From positions 1-63,966 of the IMG/VR virus record IMGVR_UViG_3300033112_000364: a stretch of 63,966 bases of DNA. One strand, written 5' to 3'. Made by a program: the position numbers and the translations under genes. Positions 17,448 to 27,148 of the stretch are shown here, piece by piece (within the stretch, counting starts at the first letter, position 1; each line of letters begins with the position of its first letter). The notes below the pieces were generated by a model. It saw nothing but the letters and a program-made list of their open reading frames with translations, was not told where the DNA came from and ran no database searches. This stretch comes from a virus.

Positions 17448-18149
17448 CTATAAATCTTCATCAGATGAATCATCTCTATCATCAGATGAATCATCTCTAT
17501 CATCAGATGAATCATCTCTATCATCAGTTCCATTAGAACTGTCGTCATCTTCTTCTTGTTCGGGACTTCCGTAGATGCTATTAATGATCTGTTGAGCGAG
17601 CGACATATTCATATCTAAACTCATATCCAGATACTTTGCACCTGCATCAATAAGCATCATAATGCCTTCTGGGGGCAATTGTCGTTTTACAAGGACACGC
17701 CATTTTACGCCTGACCGTGCATCTGTGGAACGTCTTCGCTCATCAGATATAGATGCTTTACCATGAACTTTCACTTTACACGATATAGGACCGTAACCGA
17801 TTTTTGCCTCACCTTCAAATCCAGACTCAGCTGCAGTCTTTGTAGTTTGCTCAGAAGATGTATGCACATCCATGTGTCCTTCTACTTCCCCTTCATCACA
17901 AAGAAAAGGATGCATATTCCGTGCCATATAGCGCGGATATTTTATTTCGAAAGGCAGTACAACTCCCGTATTACCAAGAGGTTGAGATAAATCAAAATCA
18001 AAAGTTCCTGCTTCAAATGCAGCTTTTGTTTTTGCTTCATGAAGGTCTTCGAGGTGTGTCTCACCTTCTGCAAGACTTTCCAAAAACGCTTTGATTTGAT
18101 TACCCATCGTGTTCGCATAATCATTCTGAATTGTGTTGGCTTCATTCAT
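17448..18149 (-). CDS. hypothetical protein (233 aa), paralog of 18173..18613, with an Asp/Ser-rich repeat tail
   Basis: ATG 18149 has AAGGAG upstream; the track start at 18176 overlaps the upstream stop. It shares the motif KRQLPPEGIMMLIDAGAKYL with its neighbour. The C-terminus is DDRDDSS x3. Confidence 0.6.
   Translation of the reverse strand: MNEANTIQNDYANTMGNQIKAFLESLAEGETHLEDLHEAKTKAAFEAGTFDFDLSQPLGNTGVVLPFEIKYPRYMARNMHPFLCDEGEVEGHMDVHTSSEQTTKTAAESGFEGEAKIGYGPISCKVKVHGKASISDERRRSTDARSGVKWRVLVKRQLPPEGIMMLIDAGAKYLDMSLDMNMSLAQQIINSIYGSPEQEEDDDSSNGTDDRDDSSDDRDDSSDDRDDSSDEDL
17459..17527. repeat. 21-bp tandem repeat (3.3 copies) encoding the DDRDDSS units
   Basis: catcagatgaatcatctctat repeats head to tail. 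Confidence 0.95.
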
Positions 18150-18172
18150 CTTTTTTCTCCTTTTAAATAAAA

Positions 18173-18613
18173 TCAACCATCAAGTTGCCTATGAAGTTTT
18201 AGGCACTGTTCGTCTATAAGCATCGCCAGTCCCTCTGGCAATTCCGCTTGTTTCATTAACATCCTGATTTTGATGTGAGACCTCTCTTTAAATATGCCCT
18301 TCTTATTGAATGAGATTTCAACATCACCATCGCCATCTGTATCACCGATAAAATCACAAGGTGTTTCAATTTCAAATTCAAGTTCCGCTGGTAGAAGTGT
18401 GCTTATAGCTCGTAGTATTAAATCTACTGCCGTAATCTCCTTTCCATCGAAACTGACAAATTTGAATTCCTTGAGTTTTTTCACATTTGGATCATCTGTT
18501 TCCTCGAAAAATTGCATTATCTTTTCGTGAAACATATTTGACATGTGATGAGCAAGCTCATTTGGAATATCACCTATTTCACTTGCTACAAAATCCCTTA
18601 GATTTATCGGCAT
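18173..18613 (-). CDS. hypothetical protein (146 aa), paralog of 17448..18149
   Basis: C-terminal IKIRMLMKQAELPEGLAMLIDEQCLKL matches VKWRVLVKRQLPPEGIMMLIDAGAKYL in the neighbour. It also has a DTDGDGD loop. Confidence 0.6.
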   Translation of the reverse strand: MPINLRDFVASEIGDIPNELAHHMSNMFHEKIMQFFEETDDPNVKKLKEFKFVSFDGKEITAVDLILRAISTLLPAELEFEIETPCDFIGDTDGDGDVEISFNKKGIFKERSHIKIRMLMKQAELPEGLAMLIDEQCLKLHRQLDG

Positions 18614-18873
18614 TATATTTTAAACTCCTTTTTCTTTGCTACACGTGATTTATCCAATTTAGACTTATAAACCATGCGCGATGCATAAAATTTAATATCC
18701 GTTAGTGGTGACTCGTTCAATATCCTTTCAAGCTCTACCAGCTCATCTGGATTACCTGTTAGAGTAATATAAGATTTTTCATCTAATAAAACACCATTCA
18801 ATATTCCAATGACATTCACAGAAATCTGATTTTGCAACCTCTTTATTTTTTTTTGATCTCGTATAAATCTCAT
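18613..18873 (-). CDS. hypothetical protein (86 aa)
   Basis: Coupled ORF; its stop shares 1 nt with the next start. Confidence 0.55.
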   Translation of the reverse strand: MRFIRDQKKIKRLQNQISVNVIGILNGVLLDEKSYITLTGNPDELVELERILNESPLTDIKFYASRMVYKSKLDKSRVAKKKEFKI

Positions 18874-19136
18874 TTTACATCCTTGTTATTTTCCTCTATA
18901 CGGTCAATACGTTCAAGAGCTTGCAGTATACCTGGCAAAGCTTGTGCTATATGCCATAAAGCTAATAAACTCATACTGTGCTGAATATCAAAAAACAAAC
19001 CATCAAATAATATCGTAAACAACAATAATAAACCGATACATAATTGAATGTAAGCATTATTTACGATCTGCATGATTACACTATGTCGTTGACGGCCCGT
19101 GTTCATTATCTTCACTTGTTCCTTTGATAAATCCAC
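18870..19136 (-). CDS. small two-helix membrane protein; holin candidate
   Basis: Two hydrophobic stretches (IQLCIGLLLLFTILFDGLFF and LLALWHIAQALPGIL). It lies upstream of the endolysin. Confidence 0.35.
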   Translation of the reverse strand: MDLSKEQVKIMNTGRQRHSVIMQIVNNAYIQLCIGLLLLFTILFDGLFFDIQHSMSLLALWHIAQALPGILQALERIDRIEENNKDVK

Positions 19137-19464
19137 ACCAGATTATTGTAATAAACATGCCAATAAGAGGTATGTAATTGAGAAGGGCAAACCAACCCGG
19201 TCTACTCATATCATGCCAACGCTTAACATTGAGCGATACATGTATCCAGATATACAAAATACCTAAAAGTAAACCAATAGTGAGTTGTTTTGCGTTAAAT
19301 ATCTCTCCAAAAGTAAAATCATGAGGAATACTATAATGCGTAAGGATTATTAACAATTTTGTAACAATAAACGCCAATAAATGCCCGGTCCACCAATCGA
19401 ATCTATTAATTCTTCCATGATGGCTAAACAACAATTTCTCTAAAGGCATGTCTTTTGATTTCAT
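19081..19464 (-). CDS. DUF805-like inner-membrane protein
   Basis: GRINRFDWW ... VKRWHDMSRPGWFALLNYIPLIGMF matches the DUF805 (YhaH/YhaI-type) pattern as I remember it. Confidence 0.6.
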   Translation of the reverse strand: MKSKDMPLEKLLFSHHGRINRFDWWTGHLLAFIVTKLLIILTHYSIPHDFTFGEIFNAKQLTIGLLLGILYIWIHVSLNVKRWHDMSRPGWFALLNYIPLIGMFITIIWCGFIKGTSEDNEHGPSTT

Positions 19465-19473
19465 TTTATCTCC

Positions 19474-20217
19474 TTAAAAACTAAAATTAAGAGCGTTCTT
19501 CCAATGCCAGTTCCACGGTTCAATATCAACATGATGTGTGATATTATCATATTGTATTTCACCAGATATTTCTAAGGCAACAAGATTAATAATTGAAATT
19601 TTGGAAATAGGTAAAATAAGAATTGGTAATACACGTACTTGAAAGTTGTTAAATCTGTGTGTAGGCAAGAATTCTGTTAAAACAGATATGTACGGAAATT
19701 GTAATTCAATATGTGCCTGTGGCCCCCATTCCATATCTGTGTTAACATTGAAATCGGCATGTAGCTCTTCTTGTGCTAACCAAGTGCCAACTCCACCATT
19801 CAATTTAATTGTAGGTTGGTTAATAATATCTACATGGAAAAACATCCCGCCATGAAAAAGTGATTCTTGTTCTGACAAAGTTTTTTTTCCATAACGACTA
19901 TAAAGACGCAATCCAAACATTCCTCGATGATAACCACCTTCTATCCTTGCGCGAATATAATCGTGATGATCGGGTGCTTCATCTCTAAAATGTATCCATT
20001 CCACACCAGCATATCCATTAATAAAATCCAGAGGATATGTTGCTGATAATGTCATTGTTTGTTTGTCATTGTTACCGTGCGTAGATACAGAAAAATTAGG
20101 TCTGTCTTCTACCGAATATTCTGCAAACGCTGGTTGTGATATAACGCCAACAACAAAGGAAAAAACTATAAATATAACACAAAATATAATTTTGAAAAGG
20201 GTTTCACTTAATTTCAT
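19474..20217 (-). CDS. secreted outer-membrane beta-barrel-like protein
   Basis: Signal peptide ends in AFA/EY. The sequence shows an alternating beta-strand pattern. The C-terminal ALNFSF ends in Phe, the OMP beta-signal. Confidence 0.5.
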   Translation of the reverse strand: MKLSETLFKIIFCVIFIVFSFVVGVISQPAFAEYSVEDRPNFSVSTHGNNDKQTMTLSATYPLDFINGYAGVEWIHFRDEAPDHHDYIRARIEGGYHRGMFGLRLYSRYGKKTLSEQESLFHGGMFFHVDIINQPTIKLNGGVGTWLAQEELHADFNVNTDMEWGPQAHIELQFPYISVLTEFLPTHRFNNFQVRVLPILILPISKISIINLVALEISGEIQYDNITHHVDIEPWNWHWKNALNFSF

Positions 20218-20229
20218 AATAAACCTCTT

Positions 20230-21063
20230 TTAGAGTCTAAAACCTATACTACGAAACCATTTTATCATATCTTTATCAGGTATTAGATCGTCTAACATAG
20301 ATATAAATTCTTCATTAGATAAAGTTGAATGGGAATGAACATTATCAAAGACTTTCGCAAATGTGCCTTCCCAGTTGGTTTCAATATATTTGACAATTGT
20401 ATGTGAATAGCGATAACACCATATTGTCAATTCATAATCAGAATAAATTCCAAAACCTTCCGTCCAGTGTTGGACAGCGTTGATTTGATTTTGATCCATT
20501 CGTAAATCTTTTTCAAAAGAATCAAAAACAGGATGCCTCTCTGTATCTGAATAATAGTTTTCATTTAATACAGCGAATCCTTCGTCTGCCCAGGTTGGCA
20601 GAAAAAAAGGAGCAATAAAAGCATGCGTTAGCTCATGTGCGCGTACGTATTCTTTCTTAAACATTTCATAAGGAAAATGCATGGACAATTTGACTATACG
20701 ACCTATTCCTTCAAATGTTTTAGTTGTATAAGCAGAATTTTTACCACCATTTACATACTCAGAAATAGTCACATGTATTTTATGATCTGGTTTAAATCTA
20801 TATCGTTTGTAAAATTCATCAAACAATTTTTCCATGTTAGTTAACGCAATTTTTCTATATGTATCACGCTTTTTCTGTGTATTAAATAGTATATCAGATT
20901 TTATATCATTAGCAAATTCAAAATTAAAATGGATTCGCTCACTATTGCTATTTTCTGATACATCAAGATGTACATCTTTGTCTTGTGATAATATCACAAT
21001 TAATGAAATTAATACAAACAAAAATAATAGCAATACAAATAAAATATATTTTGGGCGTTTCAC
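20230..21063 (-). CDS. membrane-anchored HExxH zinc metallopeptidase-like protein
   Basis: N-terminal TM segment (YILFVLLLFLFVLISLIVIL) and HELTH followed by WADEGFAVLNE. The start codon is GTG. Confidence 0.5.
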   Translation of the reverse strand: MKRPKYILFVLLLFLFVLISLIVILSQDKDVHLDVSENSNSERIHFNFEFANDIKSDILFNTQKKRDTYRKIALTNMEKLFDEFYKRYRFKPDHKIHVTISEYVNGGKNSAYTTKTFEGIGRIVKLSMHFPYEMFKKEYVRAHELTHAFIAPFFLPTWADEGFAVLNENYYSDTERHPVFDSFEKDLRMDQNQINAVQHWTEGFGIYSDYELTIWCYRYSHTIVKYIETNWEGTFAKVFDNVHSHSTLSNEEFISMLDDLIPDKDMIKWFRSIGFRL

Positions 21064-21111
21064 AATAAACTCCTTGTAATGTAATTTTTCAAATATTATG
21101 AAAATAGTTCA

Positions 21112-22179
21112 TTATTCTATTTGTTGGGCTTCTAATACTCCGTATCTTCCCCCATCATCTGATGTTCTGTCATGAATCCACCATAAATTACCTGTTGTTG
21201 GGTTGTAGGTAAGCCCTGCTGGTGGATTGTCGTCTATTTCTATGTCCCTTGATCTTACACGATTTCCTGATGTATCACAACAAAATATCCAAGTCTCTGC
21301 TGAAATATGTGCTTGTAGAATCCAGAAATGACTGTCAGCATAAGTGAGTCCATGTTGTGCATCTGAAAAATAATATCCACTATAATCTCCAGTGTGCTGA
21401 GCTCTTGGTAGTGAGATTGCACCTGACTGCTCCACACCACTTGTTGAGAACTTTCGCAACTGATAATTCCGTATATCCAATCCCCAAATATAAGTGCCAT
21501 CAAATGTTAAAGACTCAATGTAAATCGGATTCTGACTAATCGTATAATCATCAACCAATTCACCCGAACTATTGACCTTGTTCAGATAAGCTTCCGTCCG
21601 ATTATTATTGCCACCACACCACCACCAGTTTGTGCCATCAAAACAGCCCCCCGATGGTCGGATCGGTGATCCATCTGATGAATTAAAACTTTCTAATAAC
21701 TGCTCTACACCTGATATATTGAATGAATTAATATAATCCACTCTCGGAGTTATTCCAACATCTGTAGTATTAAAAATATAGACGCGTTGTGTGGATTGAT
21801 TAAAACCTAAACCCAAAACAATCCGATTCGGAATAAGATTCTCCTGAAAAGCGTGCCTACGTGTAATAGAGAACTCATTAGAATTTACATCTGGCACACC
21901 TTCTTTGTTCGCTGTATATTTTACCGCGATGGTTTGTCCGAGTATTGCTTGATACCGCAGAACACCACCCCTTCTGATACTCCATCCACTTGGGAGTGTG
22001 TATTCTGATGCTAATGAAAAATAAGTCTCATTTCTTGGTTCATTGACATAGTTTCTTGCTCTAACCTGACGATTATTAGAATCTTCGAGTTCTAAATCTG
22101 GTAACTCCTGCCACTCAATTGGAACAGGTGGAGCATCAGATTCCACACGAAGTTCACAAACATCGAAGTAATCTGGCAT
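21112..22179 (-). CDS. tail appendage / receptor-binding candidate with beta-propeller-like C-terminal repeats
   Basis: The N-terminus MPDYFDVCELRVE is shared with the next gene. Repeated W/Y-rich blades follow (YIWGLD.., HFWILQ.., NLWWIHD..). Confidence 0.45.
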   Translation of the reverse strand: MPDYFDVCELRVESDAPPVPIEWQELPDLELEDSNNRQVRARNYVNEPRNETYFSLASEYTLPSGWSIRRGGVLRYQAILGQTIAVKYTANKEGVPDVNSNEFSITRRHAFQENLIPNRIVLGLGFNQSTQRVYIFNTTDVGITPRVDYINSFNISGVEQLLESFNSSDGSPIRPSGGCFDGTNWWWCGGNNNRTEAYLNKVNSSGELVDDYTISQNPIYIESLTFDGTYIWGLDIRNYQLRKFSTSGVEQSGAISLPRAQHTGDYSGYYFSDAQHGLTYADSHFWILQAHISAETWIFCCDTSGNRVRSRDIEIDDNPPAGLTYNPTTGNLWWIHDRTSDDGGRYGVLEAQQIE

Positions 22180-22180
22180 A

Positions 22181-23659
22181 TTACGGGTCCGGTGATATTA
22201 TGTCTTGATCCATATAAAAACGAGGATACCATCTATGAACTAATGGACTATCTGGCACATTAGGTGTAACAATTGTTGCTGTCCCCGTTTTTTGTGCTGT
22301 TTGATCACCCGTATTATCATAAGCTGAAAGCGTGATACGAGGATCATTAGACTCCATAACAGGATTACGGTTGTTATCTGCATCTGCCTGACTTTCATGT
22401 ATAGATACACCAAAACCCCTTGCCGCTGGTACACCTCTCGTATAGGTGAACATCACCATCATTGTTGAATTTTCATTCATGGTGATAACTTCTTGCACAT
22501 CTATTTGAGCAGGAACACGATTCAGAATATCAATATAGAAAACTGATTGCCAATATTCCCAACCAGTATCCGCAAGATTTCTGCGGGAGATGCGAGCTAA
22601 ACCCCATACGCGTTTATCAGCATTTACATAAGGTAGAGTCAAATAAAGAAAACCATTATTAGAACCTGTTCGCTGTTGAGGTGTTGCTGGCGACCACCTT
22701 ATATTATTTGGAATACCATCAGCACTTCCCAATCTATTCCTATTATTCTGTGCATCTGACCGTGAATTATACCAACCAACAAGTTCAAATCTTACCGCAT
22801 AAGGCGCGCCAGACATATAAGAAAAATTTAACACTGAATTCGTGCCTTCTATACCGTATCCACCAGCTAAAAAGATACTGGGTGTAACAGCATTCAGAAT
22901 TGTTAAAGTATAAGTAGCACTATCAACAACAGCATTGTTCTGAACAATTTCTACGCGACCATACCATCTCGTGTCTGCACTAACTGAAGGAAGATTCGTG
23001 CTATACCTTAAACTGCCAGTTCTTTCACGAATAGGTTGGTTCAATAAACCTGCCAAAGTTGATGAGCTCGGTGTAACAACAATTGAAGGTCTATTTGAAG
23101 TAATTGGATTTCTATCAGCTCGCGCATCTGAAAGAGAATTATGAAATGAATGTCTAATCGCTGTTGCAACAGGTGAACCAGCATTATACATCATATTGTT
23201 TATAGAAAATGCTGTGTTTTCATAAGCAGATACATTTTCAGGTATGCTAATTGTTGCTGCAACGGATTGATAAACGCGAACACGTGTCGTTGCTGTAGCA
23301 CTTCCATACGAACTTGTTACTGTCCAAACAATATACCAATCAACATAAGTAGGACTGTCTCCTGATAATGTTGGCATGACAATCGTAACAGGTTGTAATC
23401 CACCACTGTTCGCGGGCCATGTAGACCAGTCTCTTTCATTATAACTTATGTCAGGATTGCTTCCACCTTCGTTTACTGATTGCCTTGAATTGCTTTGTAG
23501 CTGATGTGAGAAATCATTCATTATCGGATAACCGACAACAACACTCACATTTATGTTTATAGATTGACCTTCATAAGCAGTAATATTAGCAGGAGCATAC
23601 ACCTCAGGTCTTCTATTAGCTCTAACGTCCAATCGGACAACATCAACATAATCAGGCAT
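22181..23659 (-). CDS. tail appendage protein with four tandem ~115-aa repeat domains
   Basis: N-terminus is MPDYVDVVRLDVRA. The repeats are marked by SDARADRNP, SDAQNNRNR and ADADNNRNP. Confidence 0.5.
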   Translation of the reverse strand: MPDYVDVVRLDVRANRRPEVYAPANITAYEGQSININVSVVVGYPIMNDFSHQLQSNSRQSVNEGGSNPDISYNERDWSTWPANSGGLQPVTIVMPTLSGDSPTYVDWYIVWTVTSSYGSATATTRVRVYQSVAATISIPENVSAYENTAFSINNMMYNAGSPVATAIRHSFHNSLSDARADRNPITSNRPSIVVTPSSSTLAGLLNQPIRERTGSLRYSTNLPSVSADTRWYGRVEIVQNNAVVDSATYTLTILNAVTPSIFLAGGYGIEGTNSVLNFSYMSGAPYAVRFELVGWYNSRSDAQNNRNRLGSADGIPNNIRWSPATPQQRTGSNNGFLYLTLPYVNADKRVWGLARISRRNLADTGWEYWQSVFYIDILNRVPAQIDVQEVITMNENSTMMVMFTYTRGVPAARGFGVSIHESQADADNNRNPVMESNDPRITLSAYDNTGDQTAQKTGTATIVTPNVPDSPLVHRWYPRFYMDQDIISPDP

Positions 23660-23951
23660 TGTAAATAAACCTATTACTTTGTGTATTCGGTTGATTATTC
23701 ACGCTCATAACGACACCCGATGGAACATAAATTTGCATGCTATTATCTGTAGTAACAGTCACGCAAAATTCTGTTCCATTCCCTATAAAATTGGCAATCG
23801 TTCCCCCAGAAAATTGAATCATATTTTCTGAGAAATTTATTACCCTTTCAGAAAATGTAATTACAATGATATTGTCTCGCAAAACAGATATTATGCAAGA
23901 TGGTATAGGATAAACTACTTGAAAAACAATTGGTATAAAAACATTGTGCAT
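23652..23951 (-). CDS. small Ig-like-domain protein (99 aa)
   Basis: ITFSERVINFSENMIQFSGGTIANFIGNGTEFCVTVT resembles the bacterial Ig-like adhesin domain pattern. Confidence 0.4.
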   Translation of the reverse strand: MHNVFIPIVFQVVYPIPSCIISVLRDNIIVITFSERVINFSENMIQFSGGTIANFIGNGTEFCVTVTTDNSMQIYVPSGVVMSVNNQPNTQSNRFIYNA

Positions 23952-24310
23952 TATGTGCCTTGTTCCACAACAAGATTACCGTATAGAGTCCTTGCTGGCA
24001 CATCAGCATTGACTGTTATATTGATAATTGCTGTGCCTGCTTCCATATCTATATCACGAAATTCGTGAATAAATGAATCTTCATCATTTGCTCCAAGACG
24101 ATCTGTTCGTGCAGCGTCAGTAAACAACTGTAATTGAGAATTTCTAATTTGTGCTTCTGTTATTGGGGGGCCACCTCGCACAAAAGTGCAATTAAACTCA
24201 ACTCCTTGACCAATATAAATTTCAAGATTATTGTCTCCATCAATCGTCAATGTAGGATCAGAAGTCTCTACGATACTAAATTGAACAGGAATAAGGTTTT
24301 GTTCTGGCAT
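23951..24310 (-). CDS. single-copy member of the tail repeat-domain family (119 aa)
   Basis: LQLFTDAARTDRLGAND motif with the same flanking strand pattern as the repeats in 22181..23659. Confidence 0.5.
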   Translation of the reverse strand: MPEQNLIPVQFSIVETSDPTLTIDGDNNLEIYIGQGVEFNCTFVRGGPPITEAQIRNSQLQLFTDAARTDRLGANDEDSFIHEFRDIDMEAGTAIINITVNADVPARTLYGNLVVEQGT

Positions 24311-24322
24311 TTTATGTTCTCC

Positions 24323-25246
24323 TTAAGAAGTCCAGTACTCTGATAGAGGATTGTAGTCATTTGGAATGTTGCTTTTTATTCTATGTGCCATATCACTATG
24401 TGTTAGAATACTTGTTACTACATTAGGCACACGCGAGACATCATCTGCGGTTGAAGTTCCCGTCAAAGACCACCAATCTACCCATATTACACCGAAGGTC
24501 GGTCCTGTCGGAAAACTTGATATGGCAGTTTTTAGATTCATAAAAAACTCTATGTTATATGCACCATCACCATCAGGGTCTAATGTTGATGGGCCCTTAA
24601 TTGCCTCATCAATTACTGCTTCAAGAACAGACCAATCATAAGTTGTTGTTCCAGCAACCTTTTCGTCCCAAAGCAGTTTTATTGTATAGTCCGCAGATTT
24701 CAACCAATACCCTAAGTGTGTTAGAATATCTGGCACTAACGCTGCGTAAGTTGGTGATTCAAATAACCAAGTTTTTACCTGATCTCGCCACTTCTTTATT
24801 TTAGAAATAACGCGTTCTTTTTTCTGTAATTCAGTCAATGCGGTAGGTATCCAACTCGGTGGTGAAGCTGATGCTGTTTCAAGATCACTTGTTTCACCAG
24901 TTGCCAAAAAGACTGAAGCCATAGCGTCATACGTTAATTCTTGGTAGTCAGGAGTTGGTATACCAGTATTTTCTGGCACAAAACAAGCAATCCAAAGATG
25001 CAGATGTTCATTATCTACCATATATCGATATACTAAATCGTCATATCCGTTTGGCGTGACTTCTGAAATCCCTGTTACTGGAGCAGATGAAAAATCGTAG
25101 TCTACTGATAGTATTTGACCACCAGTGGAATACTTTATCTGTAAATTGCGATCCGATCGCAACAATATTTTTCTTACCGTCACACTGATGTTCTGCTCTG
25201 AAATATCATAGTTTCGCAAATAGTTGATATAGAGTTTCGTTGCCAT
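24323..25246 (-). CDS. hypothetical virion-module protein (307 aa)
   Basis: Coupled ORF inside the tail block. Confidence 0.5.
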   Translation of the reverse strand: MATKLYINYLRNYDISEQNISVTVRKILLRSDRNLQIKYSTGGQILSVDYDFSSAPVTGISEVTPNGYDDLVYRYMVDNEHLHLWIACFVPENTGIPTPDYQELTYDAMASVFLATGETSDLETASASPPSWIPTALTELQKKERVISKIKKWRDQVKTWLFESPTYAALVPDILTHLGYWLKSADYTIKLLWDEKVAGTTTYDWSVLEAVIDEAIKGPSTLDPDGDGAYNIEFFMNLKTAISSFPTGPTFGVIWVDWWSLTGTSTADDVSRVPNVVTSILTHSDMAHRIKSNIPNDYNPLSEYWTS

Positions 25247-26412
25247 TATACACCTTTGTATCCTTGAATCTTCCGAAGTAAAATACTACCTGTCACTACA
25301 CCTAATTCAAAAGAGGTATCACTTACATGTCTAATAGTGATATGATTTTTTTTATTGGATACTTCAACATAGGAAAGTTGATGCCACAACTTTCGCGGAA
25401 CTGTCCATAGATTCCTCTTATTTGATCCTGAGTAATTAAAAATAATATGTGAATAATCAGAGAACTTTTTGCCAGCATTCAAGTTGTTAACTGTTTCTAC
25501 CGAAGAAACACCCAGTGTGCCTTCCCACAAAGGGTCTATACTATCTTCGGGATCATGTGCTATAGGCAAGAGAGCATCATTGAGTTTCAGAAACCTACCA
25601 AATCCAGCATTGTTCCTCACTAACACATTAGATTTTTTAATATGACGGACAGTCCAACTTCCATCAAAATCTGCAACATCAAATGTTTCAGTCCAAGTTC
25701 CTGTAAATGTCCATGTGCCATTATTACGGACACCAACAGAGCTGATCTCAAATGCATTCAATTCTCCAAACTGGATACGATCACCAATACCAATACTCGC
25801 TAAATCTGAGCGTTTGTCTGTGCTATCAGAATTGATCTCATTGATTCTGATAGAACCTAACTGAACATACACCTGACCTGTTACAGGTGTGCTTTGTGCA
25901 GTATTTAACCATGAACCGAATGTCTGATATACTCCAATGTCAATGTTAACAGAACCGCTTTCGCCAGATGGCAGATTCTTAACTGAAGATGCGTCTAACC
26001 TTTCTTCACCTTCTAACGATGCCAAGAATGAAACAATATCACGAGCTGTAAGTTTATCTTTTAAAATATTATAAGACAAACGCTCATCATCTTCCAATGT
26101 TGCGAGTAATGTTGCAATCTGTTGAGCAGTAAGCGTGTTACCACCTATTCTTTGCCAATCATCTCCAGCTGCTGATACAAAATCTGCCCCTGTCTCTGTG
26201 TTAATCCAATATTGAGTTAAACCATCAACCTGATCTGTATCAGTTGGATCACGGTCTCTGGCTTGAATAATTGCTTTGGAGAGAGCATTACGAAAAATTA
26301 TAGATGCAATATCGCGAAATCTATTAGTAACAGAGAGTTGAATATTTACTCCACTATTAAAAAGTATATCTTCTGAAATGTCTACAACATCTTCAAGTCT
26401 TCGTTCTGGCAT
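25246..26412 (-). CDS. tail fibre-like protein (388 aa)
   Basis: Short internal repeats (QQIATLLATLEDDERLSYNILKD and RDIVSFLASLEGEERLDASSVKN) and a beta-rich C-terminus. Confidence 0.45.
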   Translation of the reverse strand: MPERRLEDVVDISEDILFNSGVNIQLSVTNRFRDIASIIFRNALSKAIIQARDRDPTDTDQVDGLTQYWINTETGADFVSAAGDDWQRIGGNTLTAQQIATLLATLEDDERLSYNILKDKLTARDIVSFLASLEGEERLDASSVKNLPSGESGSVNIDIGVYQTFGSWLNTAQSTPVTGQVYVQLGSIRINEINSDSTDKRSDLASIGIGDRIQFGELNAFEISSVGVRNNGTWTFTGTWTETFDVADFDGSWTVRHIKKSNVLVRNNAGFGRFLKLNDALLPIAHDPEDSIDPLWEGTLGVSSVETVNNLNAGKKFSDYSHIIFNYSGSNKRNLWTVPRKLWHQLSYVEVSNKKNHITIRHVSDTSFELGVVTGSILLRKIQGYKGV

Positions 26413-27146
26413 CAGATTACCTCTACAAGTCTATTGCCATATCCATCAATTAATCCATACCCATCATCATCTGTCAAGAATGATAATTGTTCTGCAGCAG
26501 AAACAAGCATTACTCCATCTGCATCAATAAGATGATTGCCTTCTACATCAACGACATAAGGTCGTATAGAAGCATCAGGTTCACCTTGCTGACCATCAGG
26601 AATCGGGTCTGTAATAAAAGCAACATAATGCTCACCTTCAAAACGTGGTGTAAAGATTAGATGAAAGAAATGTTTACCTTCTGTTTCAGCTAAATAAGGT
26701 GGATTTATACTAACATCTTGTGGTGTTTGATCCCTTGAAAGAACAGGTGTACCTGCTGTTAACGCTGCAATAGAGGCAAACCACTTCACCCCCCATTCTA
26801 TACCCGGACGACCTAAACCACCTATATTATATTCAAATGGAAGATCATGTTCTATAGGATCACCATTTCTATCTGTGATACCTTGAATTTCCACCTTACG
26901 AATATAGGTTACATCTAATGGAACAACGGCTTCAGTTGAATAGACATTCGTAATATTATAGACTTGTCTATCATTTTTTGACCGTTGTCGTGATAAACGC
27001 TCAAAAGCACGTTTATAAGCTTGTGTTCCTTGTTGGCTTTGAATATAAGATAATGGCTCGCCAAAATACCGGGCAGCTGATGCAGTATCGTGTCCTTCAA
27101 GAAGAATTAACCGAGCAAGGTTATCTACCGAATATGGACGTGGCAT
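26412..27146 (-). CDS. hypothetical virion-module protein (244 aa)
   Basis: Coupled ORF sharing 1 nt with the next gene. Confidence 0.5.
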   Translation of the reverse strand: MPRPYSVDNLARLILLEGHDTASAARYFGEPLSYIQSQQGTQAYKRAFERLSRQRSKNDRQVYNITNVYSTEAVVPLDVTYIRKVEIQGITDRNGDPIEHDLPFEYNIGGLGRPGIEWGVKWFASIAALTAGTPVLSRDQTPQDVSINPPYLAETEGKHFFHLIFTPRFEGEHYVAFITDPIPDGQQGEPDASIRPYVVDVEGNHLIDADGVMLVSAAEQLSFLTDDDGYGLIDGYGNRLVEVI

Positions 27147-27148
27147 CC

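Noticed and set aside
17345-17548. Minus-strand ORF with HLMIEMIH repeated three times
   Set aside because: It is an alternative frame of the 21-bp tandem repeat. It overlaps the end of 17448..18149 and the start of the endolysin, both of which have much better support.
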